Assembly: GCA_052426225.1 (NCBI GenBank)
Contig: JBNJNM010000013.1
Location: 434,001 to 498,000, forward strand
Length of the DNA: 64,000 nucleotides
Origin: Zancudomyces culisetae HAW-14-8
Taxonomy: Eukaryota > Fungi > Kickxellomycota
Direction of reading: 5' to 3'
The translations under genes and the position numbers were made by a program. Position 1 is the stretch's first letter. Every line of letters begins with the position of its first letter. Of this stretch, positions 49,596-61,300 are shown piece after piece. Under the pieces are notes generated by a model, which was given only the letters and a program-made list of their open reading frames with translations, was not told the DNA's origin and made no database searches.

Positions 49596-50041
49596 ATGCC
49601 TCTTTTACTCCCCATTTCTCCTCACTTTATCTTTACCTAGCTATTTTTTTGTTGCTTCTTGAGTTTTTTTATAGAGGTATTATATCTTTGCTGTTTAATT
49701 TGACAGTTTGTTAATAAAAATTGCACCAAGCTACTTGAGTAAATATTGTAAAATGGCACAAAAACATTACTTTATCACAAAAGACCTGCCGCGCCAGCAC
49801 GTATATTTTTAGCTGCATTCACAATTAATTATTGTTTTCACACAACACATTCTTTACTGGTTTTTGTTTAATAGCTAAAAATAAATTGCACAAAATTTGC
49901 CCCCAAACTCAATTAAAAATGTGTGCTAAAAAGAAATGCTAGACTAACCGTTGGTATTAATTATTCAAGTTTATAACAAGGACTTGGAACGAATACCTCG
50001 ACACATAAAATAAAAGGTGGAATAATGGAGGTATAGCTGAA

Positions 50042-50629
50042 ATGGTTGGCTTTAAAGGAACGAACAACAAAAAAAGCCGTCATTATGATGAGGATCTAGA
50101 GGAGGGAAGAGTAGAGCTGCAAAATCTAACCAACATCGAAGGTAAAAGCAAAGGTAAAGACAAGGGCTCTTCTCCAAGTGTGACAATCACAAGCTTCCAC
50201 ATACCTGAACCTTCATTTTCAATCAGCAGTGCACCACCAGAGTATGAACCAAATAATGAGGATTTCACAATAGACACAGTGCTAATTGAAGGGACGCCCG
50301 TTGGAACGACCAAAGACTATATCCTGTTTTTTGCAATATCGTTTATTTTCCAGTTTGTGGGTTTTATAATCGCCTACCTATTGCAAAACTCACACAGCCG
50401 GAAAAACGGCATGTTTGCTGGATTGGGCGGGACATTGATTAATTACGGGATACTACTAAACCTGGGTGTGATTGGTAAGAGGTATTCATATATCCCGGAA
50501 GAGGGTTCGGGTATTTTTAATAGCACGGTTGTATCTATAGCGCTTATTGTTGTAGGTTGCTTGGTTGTATTTAAGAGCATTTTAGCCTTCTACACGGTTA
50601 GAAGGAGAGCGGAAAGGTTGTTGTTTTGA
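50042..50629 (+). CDS. BSD2: Bsd2/NDFIP-like Rsp5 adaptor membrane protein (DUF2370)
   Basis: PY motif PPEY, then EG.PVG...ISF.FQFVGF...YLL..SH..K.G..AGLG.TLI.YG, and three TM helices. Confidence 0.8.
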   Translation: MVGFKGTNNKKSRHYDEDLEEGRVELQNLTNIEGKSKGKDKGSSPSVTITSFHIPEPSFSISSAPPEYEPNNEDFTIDTVLIEGTPVGTTKDYILFFAISFIFQFVGFIIAYLLQNSHSRKNGMFAGLGGTLINYGILLNLGVIGKRYSYIPEEGSGIFNSTVVSIALIVVGCLVVFKSILAFYTVRRRAERLLF

Positions 50630-52042
50630 TACAGCTGTGGTGTCCCTCCTTGGTTTATTTGTATTTTGTTTTTGTTTTTGTTTTTGTTTTTTTGTAAATA
50701 GTTGGAGTAGCCAAAAGTGTATATGGCCACTTTTGCCAAATAAACTTGTAGGCAAAAAAAAAACGGAACAATAAACTATAGTATTATATGCAACATTTAT
50801 TAAGTGGGTATGAAGTTGTTTGAAACATCACCTCTAGTACACCGCAATAGTCTTGTAGTTTTGCTTTGCTCTACTAATTCAATATTTTCTAAAAAGATGT
50901 AGTAACTTGTCATTGTTGCGAAGCTAGCTGAATATGTGGTGTGATTTGTTTTGGTCTTTAACCTCTCGAATCGCTTACCAAACTAAAAAATATAAAGGAT
51001 GTTTATTCAGACTTTAACAATGAAGTTGCGCATAGCTGCAAATATGGTTTTATAAAAGACTCTTGTCATTATGATGTTGATGTTGATGTTGATAAGATTT
51101 GTGCAGTATTCCCATGTAATAGACAAAAATATACCCAATATGGTAAATGTAGGAAACAGAATAGGCATAATATTCACCTAAAACCCCAAACGCTGTGTTT
51201 TTAGTCTTGTACCAATATAAAACATGCTAAATTTGAAGAAATGGCATGTCTTGCTTTAAATGAGGAGATTTCCCGCAAAAAAAAAACACAATATCAAGCG
51301 AATACCATAAACATAAAACTAAGTTGGTTTTCATATCTCCAACACCAAATCCATCACAACACATCTGGTTCAAGAAGCTATTGTACTGAAAATATAAAAA
51401 GTTTTCAAGAGTGTGTAATTGATATTATTCTAATCAAGTGCGAAAAAGTGGGGAGTTAATTTTAGCTGGTTTGTGTGTTTATTTTTGTAATTTCGGGATA
51501 TTATCAACAATTTGTAATATAATAACAAATATCAAAAAGTATCTTGTAATGCCCAATCGAAAATAGAAACAAATTGGCATATTGATGAGAAGACTTGAAA
51601 ATGTTCCTGCAAAAATAAATCAAATTGAAAATCACAAGTGGAGGAAGAGAAAAATCGGAACTAATCAATGAACAAAAGCGGCCTATTTCAATTGGATGGA
51701 AGAGAAAGTTTATATGGAAAGCATGAAAAAAAAACAAGTAAAGGCATAATCAAATAAAGCCCCAAATCAACAGTAAATTTTGGGTATAAAGTAAGTTTAT
51801 TTCTTTGGAATTGTATTTTTCTTTTGATAGGATTTGGAAGCATCCAGACTAGACGCTTTGAGGAAGGAAAAACAGTAACTGACTTTTTGTTTTTTGAAGC
51901 AAACCAATGGGTATTGATTTTGAAGTAAGGAAAAGTGATTGAAAGAATATACTAAGAATAGGAATAGGAATAGCAATAGGAATAAGAATAGCAATCACAC
52001 GAGTACAAAGAAAAAGGCAAATAAAATAATATAAAGCAAAAC

Positions 52043-55000
52043 ATGAGATCGGTAGGCGCTTTATTAACACTTGCGTTACTTTTTGTGTTGAGTGGAGTGC
52101 ATGCATTAAAAAGTTATATCAAGGAAGTAACTCGCGAAGCCGGACTCGACGGAACTACAGAAAATGGACGGTGGGCGGTCATTTACTATACAAAAGACTG
52201 CGAACCATGCACACTTTTAAGAATAGTGGTAGGGGACCTCTTGCGTGATGCTAATGGCAACGAGAGAGAAATCGCGGATGCTGATGGAGTTTTAAAATTT
52301 GCACAAGTAAATTGCTCTGATTTCCCAGAATTATGTGACAGACAGCAAGCATCAGAACTTCCAACACTAAGAATATACAAAGACACGCAACCTGTGGATG
52401 GTGGGTTTTATGGAGGGTTAGGACTGGCGTATACATACGCAAAAAAGTTATCCGTAATCGAAAAAAAGGATGATATGCAGAAAAAAGAGGATGAAACACC
52501 GAAAAAAGAGGATGACACACCAAAAAAAGAAGATGATACACAGAAAAAGGATACTGATACACAGGAAAAAGAGTTACTATTAATCACGCCAGGACGAACT
52601 AACAATGACGAAAAAAAGGTAGAGTATACAGAACCCAAGGAGCTGACCAAGTCAGACTTTAGTGAATCGACGGCAGATGGTATTTGGGTAGTGGTATTCT
52701 ATTCACCAAGTTGTCCAGCATGTCAAAAATACAAACCAATATACAAGGAAATGTCCAAGAAGTATTTTGCAGACCAGGAGCTGAGTCAAAGCGGATTTAA
52801 CTTTGCACTTGTGGACTGCTCATCTAGCGAGAATAGGGAGTTTTGTATTGAAAAGGAGATATATAGTTTCCCAACAACAAGGGTATACTATAATAAGGAA
52901 CAAGTACATGTAGTTACAAAGGCATTAAAGGATAAACAACTTGGCGAGTTCCTACTTGAAGCAGATGGAAAAATAGAACAAATAAAGACAAAGGATTATT
53001 TGATCTACAGCCAAGATAGTATTGAGGAGCAGCTAAAAAAGGATATGCACTTTGTAAAATTCTATTCCCCGTATTGTAGCCATTGTAACATATTGAAACC
53101 AAAATGGAGTAGCGTGGCGGGCAAGCATGGGAGCATACTTGCGAAATCAGGGATATATTTTGGAGAGCTGGACTGTGTATCCAATGGCGATGGATGTAAT
53201 AAATACGGTGTTACAGCATATCCGACTCTAAATGTTTACTATAAGGGGAAGTTTATCGAGGAATACAAAGGTGATAATGAGTATCCACAACTCTCAGAGT
53301 ATGCATCCAAACTACCAGAATTGAAGGCAAGGCTAGACAAAGAACAGTCTAAAGCTGGTGATAGTGCTGCTGAGGCAAAGGAAAGCGCCAAGCCCAGTGA
53401 GCAAATTGATCATCTTTTTGGCTACCTTAGCATAGAAAAGGTAGAGAACGAGGGGAAGGCAGTAGAACTTAATTCGGAGAACTTTTTGCAGTATATAACA
53501 CATTCCACAAGCGTTATAGGGTTTTATTATGGAAACTGTTTCAGATGTACAAAGCTAAAGACAGAAATGCAGAAGCTCAGCGAGATGCTCAAGGATGAAG
53601 TAAATGTGGGACTGGTAGACTGTACTGTGATGCAGAGCGTGTGTAGTGAATTTGGGGTAAGCTCGGGGCTGTATGTGGCGCACAAAGAGGGGATTGTGCC
53701 AGAAATCAAGATTATCTGGAGAGACGGAAAGGCTGTACAAACAATCTCAACACGATTAGACGCCAAGGATATTATGAAGCATGTGGAAATGCTTGAAGTG
53801 AAAAATAGCGTGAACAAAGAAATAGCGAGTAAACTCAAAAGTGGGGAGCAAGTGCCAATAAAAGAGTTGAATGCGGCTGAATTCAATGAATTTGTTTCCT
53901 CAAATACGCCAGTATATGTGTTTGTGAAAAAGGTTAAGGATGAAAAGACAAGTGACGAGCTTGATTCCAGAAACGAGTTGTTTTTGAGGTTATTTGAGCA
54001 AGTTAGAAGAAAGACATTTATTGCACACAATTCATTTATTGTCAAGACAGATACAGCTGACTCTGAACTACAAAAGTTCATTAAAGAGATGAAAGAGAAT
54101 GATTGGAGTCAAGACTTTGAGCAAATGACCAGCAGATACTTTAATAAGAATGTGACATATGCTGACTACCTCAAAAGTATAGGAAGCGTTGAAAATCTCG
54201 AAACAAAACAGCTTGATGGAGGTGTATTGTCAGATAGATCATATTTGGTTCAATTTAAGGACGGACAGATATTTAGGTACTTTGGGGACGAAAATGATTA
54301 TGAAAAAATCATTGAATGGATAGCTGGTGAAAGTAGCAACTATTTGCCCAAGATTGACGCATACAATTCATATGGAATTTTTAACAAGAGTAAATATTTG
54401 TTATTGATGCTTCAACCACAAAACACAATATTACGTGAAGACGAGAAGCCACGTACATGGTATCCGACCAATTCTGCATTTTCGGTACTAACCAAGGCGT
54501 CGATGAATGTGCGTGATTTGGGAATCAGTAAAAACAAACTCAATATCAGATTGGGAGACCGAAATCCAGCAAAACAGGCATTGTCGACAGCAAATAACAA
54601 TGGAGATATGTTTCTTTCGTTTGCGTATATTAACGAGGTAGAATGGGGAGGTTATTTGCATGACGTGTTTGGACTGAGACATGTTAACATTAATGAACGA
54701 TCATACCCCAAATTCATACTTGTGGACTCGAGTAATTATGAATATTATACATTCAAAATGCTGGATTTTATTGGTGAAGACGAAGCAGAAAACTATAATC
54801 AAATTGGCGAGGAATACCACTTCAATTCGCTTTACAATATCTATGGTGATGATTTGCTGGAGATATTACAGCCAGCTTTGGACGGGTTTTATATTAAGGG
54901 TGCGGTAGAAAAAATCGCGGCCATGCATTCACTTGAAAAGGCAAAAGAAAAATCGAGACAAGGTCAAGGTCGAGGTCAAGATCAAGAATCCAGCAACTAT

Positions 55001-55528
55001 GTTGAGTCATTGGGAATGTTGTTGAAAGAAGTGGTGGATAGGTACAGTGTAAGGTATCCTGACGATGGAAAATTGGATTCTATTATAGTAAAGATTCATT
55101 TTGCGATGTATAGCAATATGAATAGATTTAAGCTTCTCAATAATCCAATGGAGTCAACCAAAGATACTCCCAAAGAAAAAGGAAAAGAAAAAGAAAAAGA
55201 GAAAGCACAGATTGCAATTAAAGTTCCAATTGCCCAACCAGAAAACCAACCAAAATTCAACAATCAACTGAAGGACGGTTTGGACAGTTCAATTTCTGGT
55301 GGATATGGTGGATATTCAGGATTTGCCATTTTATCCATGGTTCTAGTGCTGGTTGTTGTGCTTTATGTGTTGAGTAGCTGTTTCTGTCGAAGAGGATTTT
55401 TGCTTCATCGTGGCCGTAATGGTGCTCGGCATTTCATAAAGACAGTGTTGCCATTTTCTTCAGCCGACTATGATCGACTTGAATCTAACAATCATAACAG
55501 CAATAGTGAACGAAAATATCAAGTATAG
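52043..55528 (+). CDS. Large ER type-I membrane multi-thioredoxin-domain protein (PDI/Eps1-like), paralog B
   Basis: Signal peptide MRSVGALLTLALLFVLSGVHA. Trx domains with CEPC, FYSPSCPAC, FYSPYCSHC and CFRC. C-terminal TM helix. Collinear similarity to 20450-24685. Confidence 0.85.
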   Translation: MRSVGALLTLALLFVLSGVHALKSYIKEVTREAGLDGTTENGRWAVIYYTKDCEPCTLLRIVVGDLLRDANGNEREIADADGVLKFAQVNCSDFPELCDRQQASELPTLRIYKDTQPVDGGFYGGLGLAYTYAKKLSVIEKKDDMQKKEDETPKKEDDTPKKEDDTQKKDTDTQEKELLLITPGRTNNDEKKVEYTEPKELTKSDFSESTADGIWVVVFYSPSCPACQKYKPIYKEMSKKYFADQELSQSGFNFALVDCSSSENREFCIEKEIYSFPTTRVYYNKEQVHVVTKALKDKQLGEFLLEADGKIEQIKTKDYLIYSQDSIEEQLKKDMHFVKFYSPYCSHCNILKPKWSSVAGKHGSILAKSGIYFGELDCVSNGDGCNKYGVTAYPTLNVYYKGKFIEEYKGDNEYPQLSEYASKLPELKARLDKEQSKAGDSAAEAKESAKPSEQIDHLFGYLSIEKVENEGKAVELNSENFLQYITHSTSVIGFYYGNCFRCTKLKTEMQKLSEMLKDEVNVGLVDCTVMQSVCSEFGVSSGLYVAHKEGIVPEIKIIWRDGKAVQTISTRLDAKDIMKHVEMLEVKNSVNKEIASKLKSGEQVPIKELNAAEFNEFVSSNTPVYVFVKKVKDEKTSDELDSRNELFLRLFEQVRRKTFIAHNSFIVKTDTADSELQKFIKEMKENDWSQDFEQMTSRYFNKNVTYADYLKSIGSVENLETKQLDGGVLSDRSYLVQFKDGQIFRYFGDENDYEKIIEWIAGESSNYLPKIDAYNSYGIFNKSKYLLLMLQPQNTILREDEKPRTWYPTNSAFSVLTKASMNVRDLGISKNKLNIRLGDRNPAKQALSTANNNGDMFLSFAYINEVEWGGYLHDVFGLRHVNINERSYPKFILVDSSNYEYYTFKMLDFIGEDEAENYNQIGEEYHFNSLYNIYGDDLLEILQPALDGFYIKGAVEKIAAMHSLEKAKEKSRQGQGRGQDQESSNYVESLGMLLKEVVDRYSVRYPDDGKLDSIIVKIHFAMYSNMNRFKLLNNPMESTKDTPKEKGKEKEKEKAQIAIKVPIAQPENQPKFNNQLKDGLDSSISGGYGGYSGFAILSMVLVLVVVLYVLSSCFCRRGFLLHRGRNGARHFIKTVLPFSSADYDRLESNNHNSNSERKYQV
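52461..52565 (+). repeat. 21-nt coding tandem repeat (KKEDDTP-like x5)
   Basis: KKDDMQ-KKEDETP-KKEDDTP-KKEDDTQ-KKDTDTQ linker between Trx domains. Confidence 0.8.
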
Positions 55529-55854
55529 ATTATTTTCCCTACTTTTTCTTTTCCTCCTCCTCCTTGCCTCTCCCCCACCCCCTTTTTTCTTTATTTTACT
55601 TTTTTCATTTTTATTTTAAAGATTTATAACTCGAAAATATTTCCCTCCTCCTTCTCCTCCTCCTCCCCTGACCCTCTCCATTCTAGTACTTTATATTCTT
55701 TTTTTTTTCTTGCTTTGCTTTTTTTTAAAAAAAAAGACGAAAAAAGAAAAAACTCGTAAATACAGTGAGAAAGGTTAGTATAATAACAAAAACAAAAACA
55801 AAAGCAAAAGCAAAAGCAAAAGCAAAATATGACAAGGTATAATAAAAGTTGTTA

Positions 55855-57831
55855 TTAAAACAAGTCTAAAAACAACAAGATCAAACTAGCCAAAATGACT
55901 ATAAAAACAAAGATTCTTGTAGTAAAACTACTGGTGCTTTTGGTCTTTGTCAACGAGGTGTTTGCAGACTCGACATTTTCCGACGTATACATTGCCTCGT
56001 CGTATAACTTTTCTGCTTGTTCTAGCTGTGTGGATAAATGATGCGACATTTGTGTTTGTAAATTGGTTATTTCTATCAATGTCCTTTGTGTCTTTCTATT
56101 TTATTAATTTTTATTATTTTGTTCCATTTTTTTTTTCAATTTCAGTATATACTTTAACCAATTGATAATAATAATAATAATAATAATAATTGTTATTAAA
56201 TATAAAAACTTACTCTACTTCGTTCAAAGTATCTTCAAATTCACCAAGCAGTGCTTCATTTTCCTTTAATAATTGCTGTTGTTCGTGTTCTGGAATAATA
56301 TGACCACTGTTACTACTATTGCCATTTCCATCCTTGTTGTCTATATCTAGTATGTTTAAACCTCCCAAAGATTTTGCTTTGTTTTGATCTTGATATAACA
56401 AATTTGTGACTTTATCGTCAGCACGTTTCTTTATTGTATTTGAATATCTATTTTGTTATTATTATTATTATTATTATATTATTATTATTATTCAGTTATT
56501 AGTAGTTTTAATAATGATAAATATAATGATAAATTCCTTACCCTATAACTTGAGAGTTACTAGATCCAACCCTACTATTTCGTAATACTTGTTCTTGCAT
56601 AGAAACATGTGTTTTACTAATTTTCATCAGTTCATTGTTTAAATACCAACAAACTCCTGCATAATGCAATTGGTATGCCTGTGAGGGTTTTATACTGATT
56701 TTTCGTGAATCAGTAGTTGAATAAGATGCTGATGCTGATGCTGATGATGATGTGCTTGTCTCACCAATCGCAGTTCGTTTAATAATATCTAGTGCTTGTG
56801 TAAATAATTGTTTTGTAGATTGCAGTATTAACGCACCATCCCCATCCTCATCTCCACTACTACTATTTTTACCTCCTGCTCCAAACTTGGAATTGAATAT
56901 TGGATCTTTGGTCTTTTTAATATGCTCAATACCTATTAATACAAAATAAATAAACAAATACATTAATAACCGAAATAAATAAATAAATAAATAAATTAAA
57001 TTAAAAATAGTAAAGGGGTTTTTTACCCAACTCGGATAAAGTTTCAAGATTCTTTATGCTATTCAAAAGTTCACGAATATACAGCTTGATCTGACTATCA
57101 ACAAGAACCCGTTCATTATCTAGTAGTTTCTTGTTACCGCGTTGAGAGATGCTTGATCGTAAGGCATCGAATTTATCTGCCAATACGTCTCCAGAACTAG
57201 AAGCTTTAGTCGTATCTGTATCTGTATTTGTATTTGTATTTGTACTAGAGTTGTAATTCCTTTTTGAAGCAGTTCTTGCTGTTTCTTGTAAGAATTTGGT
57301 TCGTTTTCCTGGTATACCCAAGTATGTACCCCTGATATCATATAGAAAATGACCAAGTTTAGATAAATGCCCCCTCTAAGTTTGTTATTTCATTTTATAT
57401 CATATCATTTTATACCATATCATTTTTTTTTCCAGAATTTATATAATAATACAAATGATAAAAATGGGGGGTGGGGAGAAAAAAGAAAGAAGAAAAAAAG
57501 TAAAAAGTGGGAGGAATTTGAAATGAATACTTACAATAATGTATGCATTTTTCAGGACTTGGTCATCAAGAGTCGGATAAGAAGGTATACTCTTTTCGTG
57601 TTTGTTTTGGTGTTCATTTTCGCTGCCGTTATTATTTAGCTGTTTTGGTTGTTGTTGTTGTTGTGGTAAACCACGTTTACGGAGTCCAAATTCCATCATT
57701 CCAAAACTTTCATTTGTATTGTTATTGTCAAAGTCAGTTCCAATTGGTTTAGTCTGTGTCTTGGAGGAGGGTTCTAATCGGTCAGTAATTCTATTGACTA
57801 GTATAAGAAAATCGTTTGTTTTATTTCCCAT
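55855..57831 (-). CDS. UFE1: ER Qa-SNARE Ufe1/syntaxin-18, 5 exons
   Basis: Exons 57831-57535, 57375-57027, 56932-56542, 56447-56214 and 56095-55855 join in frame. N-peptide MGNKTNDF, L..IR..YL, H..GV.WYL, SNARE motif Q.L..EN......L.EI..LQ.....HL..Q, and C-terminal TM IFVFIVILASLILLFLDLF. Confidence 0.85.
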
Positions 57832-58300
57832 CTTTATTTCCACCTCTCTTTTTATTGCAACACTTGTGTTATTATTAATATTATTTTTTGTTATAAAAAG
57901 TTTAAAAAGACTGTTATATTGGATACTTGTTCAAATTAAAATTAAACAGCACATATTACATTATTACATTATCACACGTTAATTACAAAATGGTATAAAA
58001 TAAATTTCAATTCAAACTCAAACTCCAACTCCAACTCCAAATTCCCATTCTCTTCCCACCCTTTTCCAATCCCCATCCTCCCTCCCTCCCGCCATTCCAT
58101 TAATTCATCCACAAAACACATGTAAAAAAAAAATTAAAGAAAATAAAAATAGATGTTTATATTTACTGCTTTTTTTATATATAGTCTCTTTAAGCTCACT
58201 TTTGTTTGAGGGAAAATACTCGATTTGATAATATATTAAAATTGTATAAAACAATATATAAAACTATAAAAATAAAAAAAAGAAAACAGTATATATTTAT

Positions 58301-61300
58301 TTATTTTTTGCCTTTTCCTTTTCCTTTACCCTTTCCCTTTCCTTTTCCTTTTCCTTTAGATTTATTTTTGCTCTTTCCTTTACTTTTAGTAGGTGTTTGT
58401 GTAGGAGTTTGAGCAGGTGTAGTATTGATAGATTGAGAATCATCATCTTCATCAGAACCATCATCAGAACCATCTTCACCATCATCATCTTCAGAATCAT
58501 CATCTTCCTCTTCTTCACTACTGTCCAGTAATTTAGATAACAACATATCATGTTGAGAATCAATGTTCACATAATCGGCCGAAATATTACTAGATTGAGA
58601 CATTTTTTCAACCATAATAGCTGGTTCCGATTTGCTACCAACACCACCATCACCATCATCATCATCATTATTGTTGTTATTGTTATTGTTACCCATCAGA
58701 GTTGGTAAAGGTAAACTTGCACTCAAGTTAGCACTGTTGGTTGTATTAGTGTTGGACTTTGTTGGAGATTTGAATTGAGCTCTTAGTTTGGCCTCTGCTT
58801 CCAAAGTGTTACTGGTATCGTCGGGTATTGTTGTTGGTTCGTCGGTTGGTATAGAGGAAAGCATAGATGCGGGAGTAAAAGTAGGTGACATGATAACATT
58901 TTTATCTTTGTTATCGGCGTCCTTGCCATTGTCGGAGGGAACAGAGGTTAGTACGAAATCATCAACTTGATCAGTTTCATCGGTTTCATCAACTTCGTCA
59001 ACTTCATCAACCTCATCAAAACCATCAACTTCGTCAACCTCATCAAAACCATCATCAACATCATCAACCTCGTCAGTTTCGTCGACTTGGTCAAGTTCAG
59101 GACAAATATTACTATCATCAATATTGATAGTACGACTATCTTTCAAACTAACCATTGAACTAATAACACTGGGTGTATTGGTATTAGGAACAAGTGAAAT
59201 AGGTAAAGCAGTAGTTGGAAGTTGTAGCTCAGACCCACCACCACCACTACCAACATCACTCTGGATCATTATCGCTTTGTTTAAAGTTTTCATGATTTCA
59301 GTTTCAGTTTCTTTTGGATTTGGATTTAGATTTAGATTTAGATTTGGTTGAGTATCCTCAATTATGGTCTTTTCTGATAAATCTTGGCTTTTATCTTGAA
59401 GAATTTCTACATTATCTGTATTGACAAATGTAGAATCTGCGACATTACTCTGTAAAACAGTTGGCTCTTGTTCTTGTTCTTGTACTTCTTTGACTGTTTG
59501 TACACCTCTTTCTTGATGATTCTCCTCACATTTCTTTTCAGTAATGGTTTGTACACCTCTTTCTTGAATACTTGGCTTTTGTTGTTGTTGTTGTTGTTGT
59601 TTATCTAAATTTAAATCTAGATCTAAATCTGGATCTAAATCAACAGTTTGTACTGCCTTTTCTGTATCTCTTATTCTTTCCATTTCCAATCTTTCTTGTT
59701 CTTCTCGTTCTTTTCTCTCTTTTTCTTCTTTTTCTTTTTGCTGTCTCTCCTGTTCTTCTCTTTCTCTTTGTAACTGCTGTTCTTGTAGTAGTTTTTCTTT
59801 GAGTCTTTGTTCTTGTTCTTTTGCCTGTTTGCACGCTTTACATTCGTATTCATAAAGTTCATCATCATCATCTTCCTCATCTTCCTCTTCCTCTTCCTCT
59901 TCCTCTTCCTCTTCCTCTTCCTCTTCCTCTTCTTCATCTTTTTCATTTTCATTTTCATCTTCATCTTCATCATCATCTTGATCATTGTTATCTAGAGAAT
60001 ACTGTTTCATAGTATGCTTATATTTACCAAACAAAACCGAGTCAACATCCTTAACATCAGTCCCACACTTTGAACACGACAACTTAAAGCCACCCAAAAG
60101 CTTGGCAATCCTCAATCGCACCCATTCCAACTGATACTTCTCATAATCCAACTCTTCCAATTGATACCTCAAATCGCTATCCAACTTTTGAGCATGGGTT
60201 TTCAATGCATCATATTCATTAATCTTCAGTTGCAGATTCTCCTGCAGTTGTGAGTGTTGCTCACTGGCTTCCTCTTGCTCCCGAATCATTCTTGCTGTAT
60301 GTTGCTCGCGTTGTTGCTTAAACGAATCGAGTTCGTCTTGGAACTTTTGGTGGTTTTCCTTGCGGTCTTGTTCCAACCCACTAATTTCATCTCTAAGCAA
60401 TCCTTGTAGTTTCTCAACTTGAGCTCTCTCCTTGGCCTCTTGCTGACTGTTTAATTGCTCAATTTGCTCCAACAACCTGCGGATAGTAAGATGGTTGTCT
60501 AGAGCTCGTGGATATCGAGGCTGTTCAACCGAAATCTGATATTGATCAACAACTACAAGACCTGAACTATCAGTATTAGTATTAGTATTAGTATTAGTAT
60601 TAGTATCAGGATTATTGTAATTAGAATCAACAATGTTCAATTGTCTCTGAAGAATTGTATTCAAATCAGAATTATTTTGTTGTTGTTGTTGTTGTTGTTG
60701 TTTTTGAATAGTTGTAACACTTCCATCCTTAGTAATCTTTACAGCTACTATTGGCTCGTCACTATAAGTACCCGCACGAGTAGCCGCCTTGTTATATAAA
60801 CAAACGTTTTGGCTGCCAGTATCAACATGTGCGTATTTATCGACATGTACTTTACCAATACTTCGTTGTAGTTGAGCCATCAACAAACCTCGTCGATTCT
60901 TGGCCTCCAAATGTCTCAAAAGCTCATTTTCACTACCACTACTACTATTAATAGTCGTTTCTTGACCAAAAAGACTTTTATGACTTTGTGGGTTTGAATC
61001 AAGTACATTATCTTGGTCAGACTCTTCATCACTATCCATATCACGCATTAATTTGGCTTTCCAACGTTTTTGAACTGGTGAAATACCATCCAAATCATTA
61101 CCACCACTACCACTACCACTACCACTACCAATAGATGGATTGGAACTTGATGATACTTCAGATAAAAATAATGAACCTTTGCGTGTATTACTAACTTTGG
61201 GAACCAACTGTCGTAATTGTGTTGCACCGGTACCAGTACCAGTACCAAAAAGATTATTACTAGAATTACTACTATTGGATGCATTTCTTCCAAATAATTG

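Noticed and set aside
49782-49790. AGACCTGCC downstream of MTRR resembles the 3' B12-box of bacterial cobalamin riboswitches
   Set aside because: Only a 9-nt match in AT-rich DNA. None of the other conserved riboswitch elements or stems are present.
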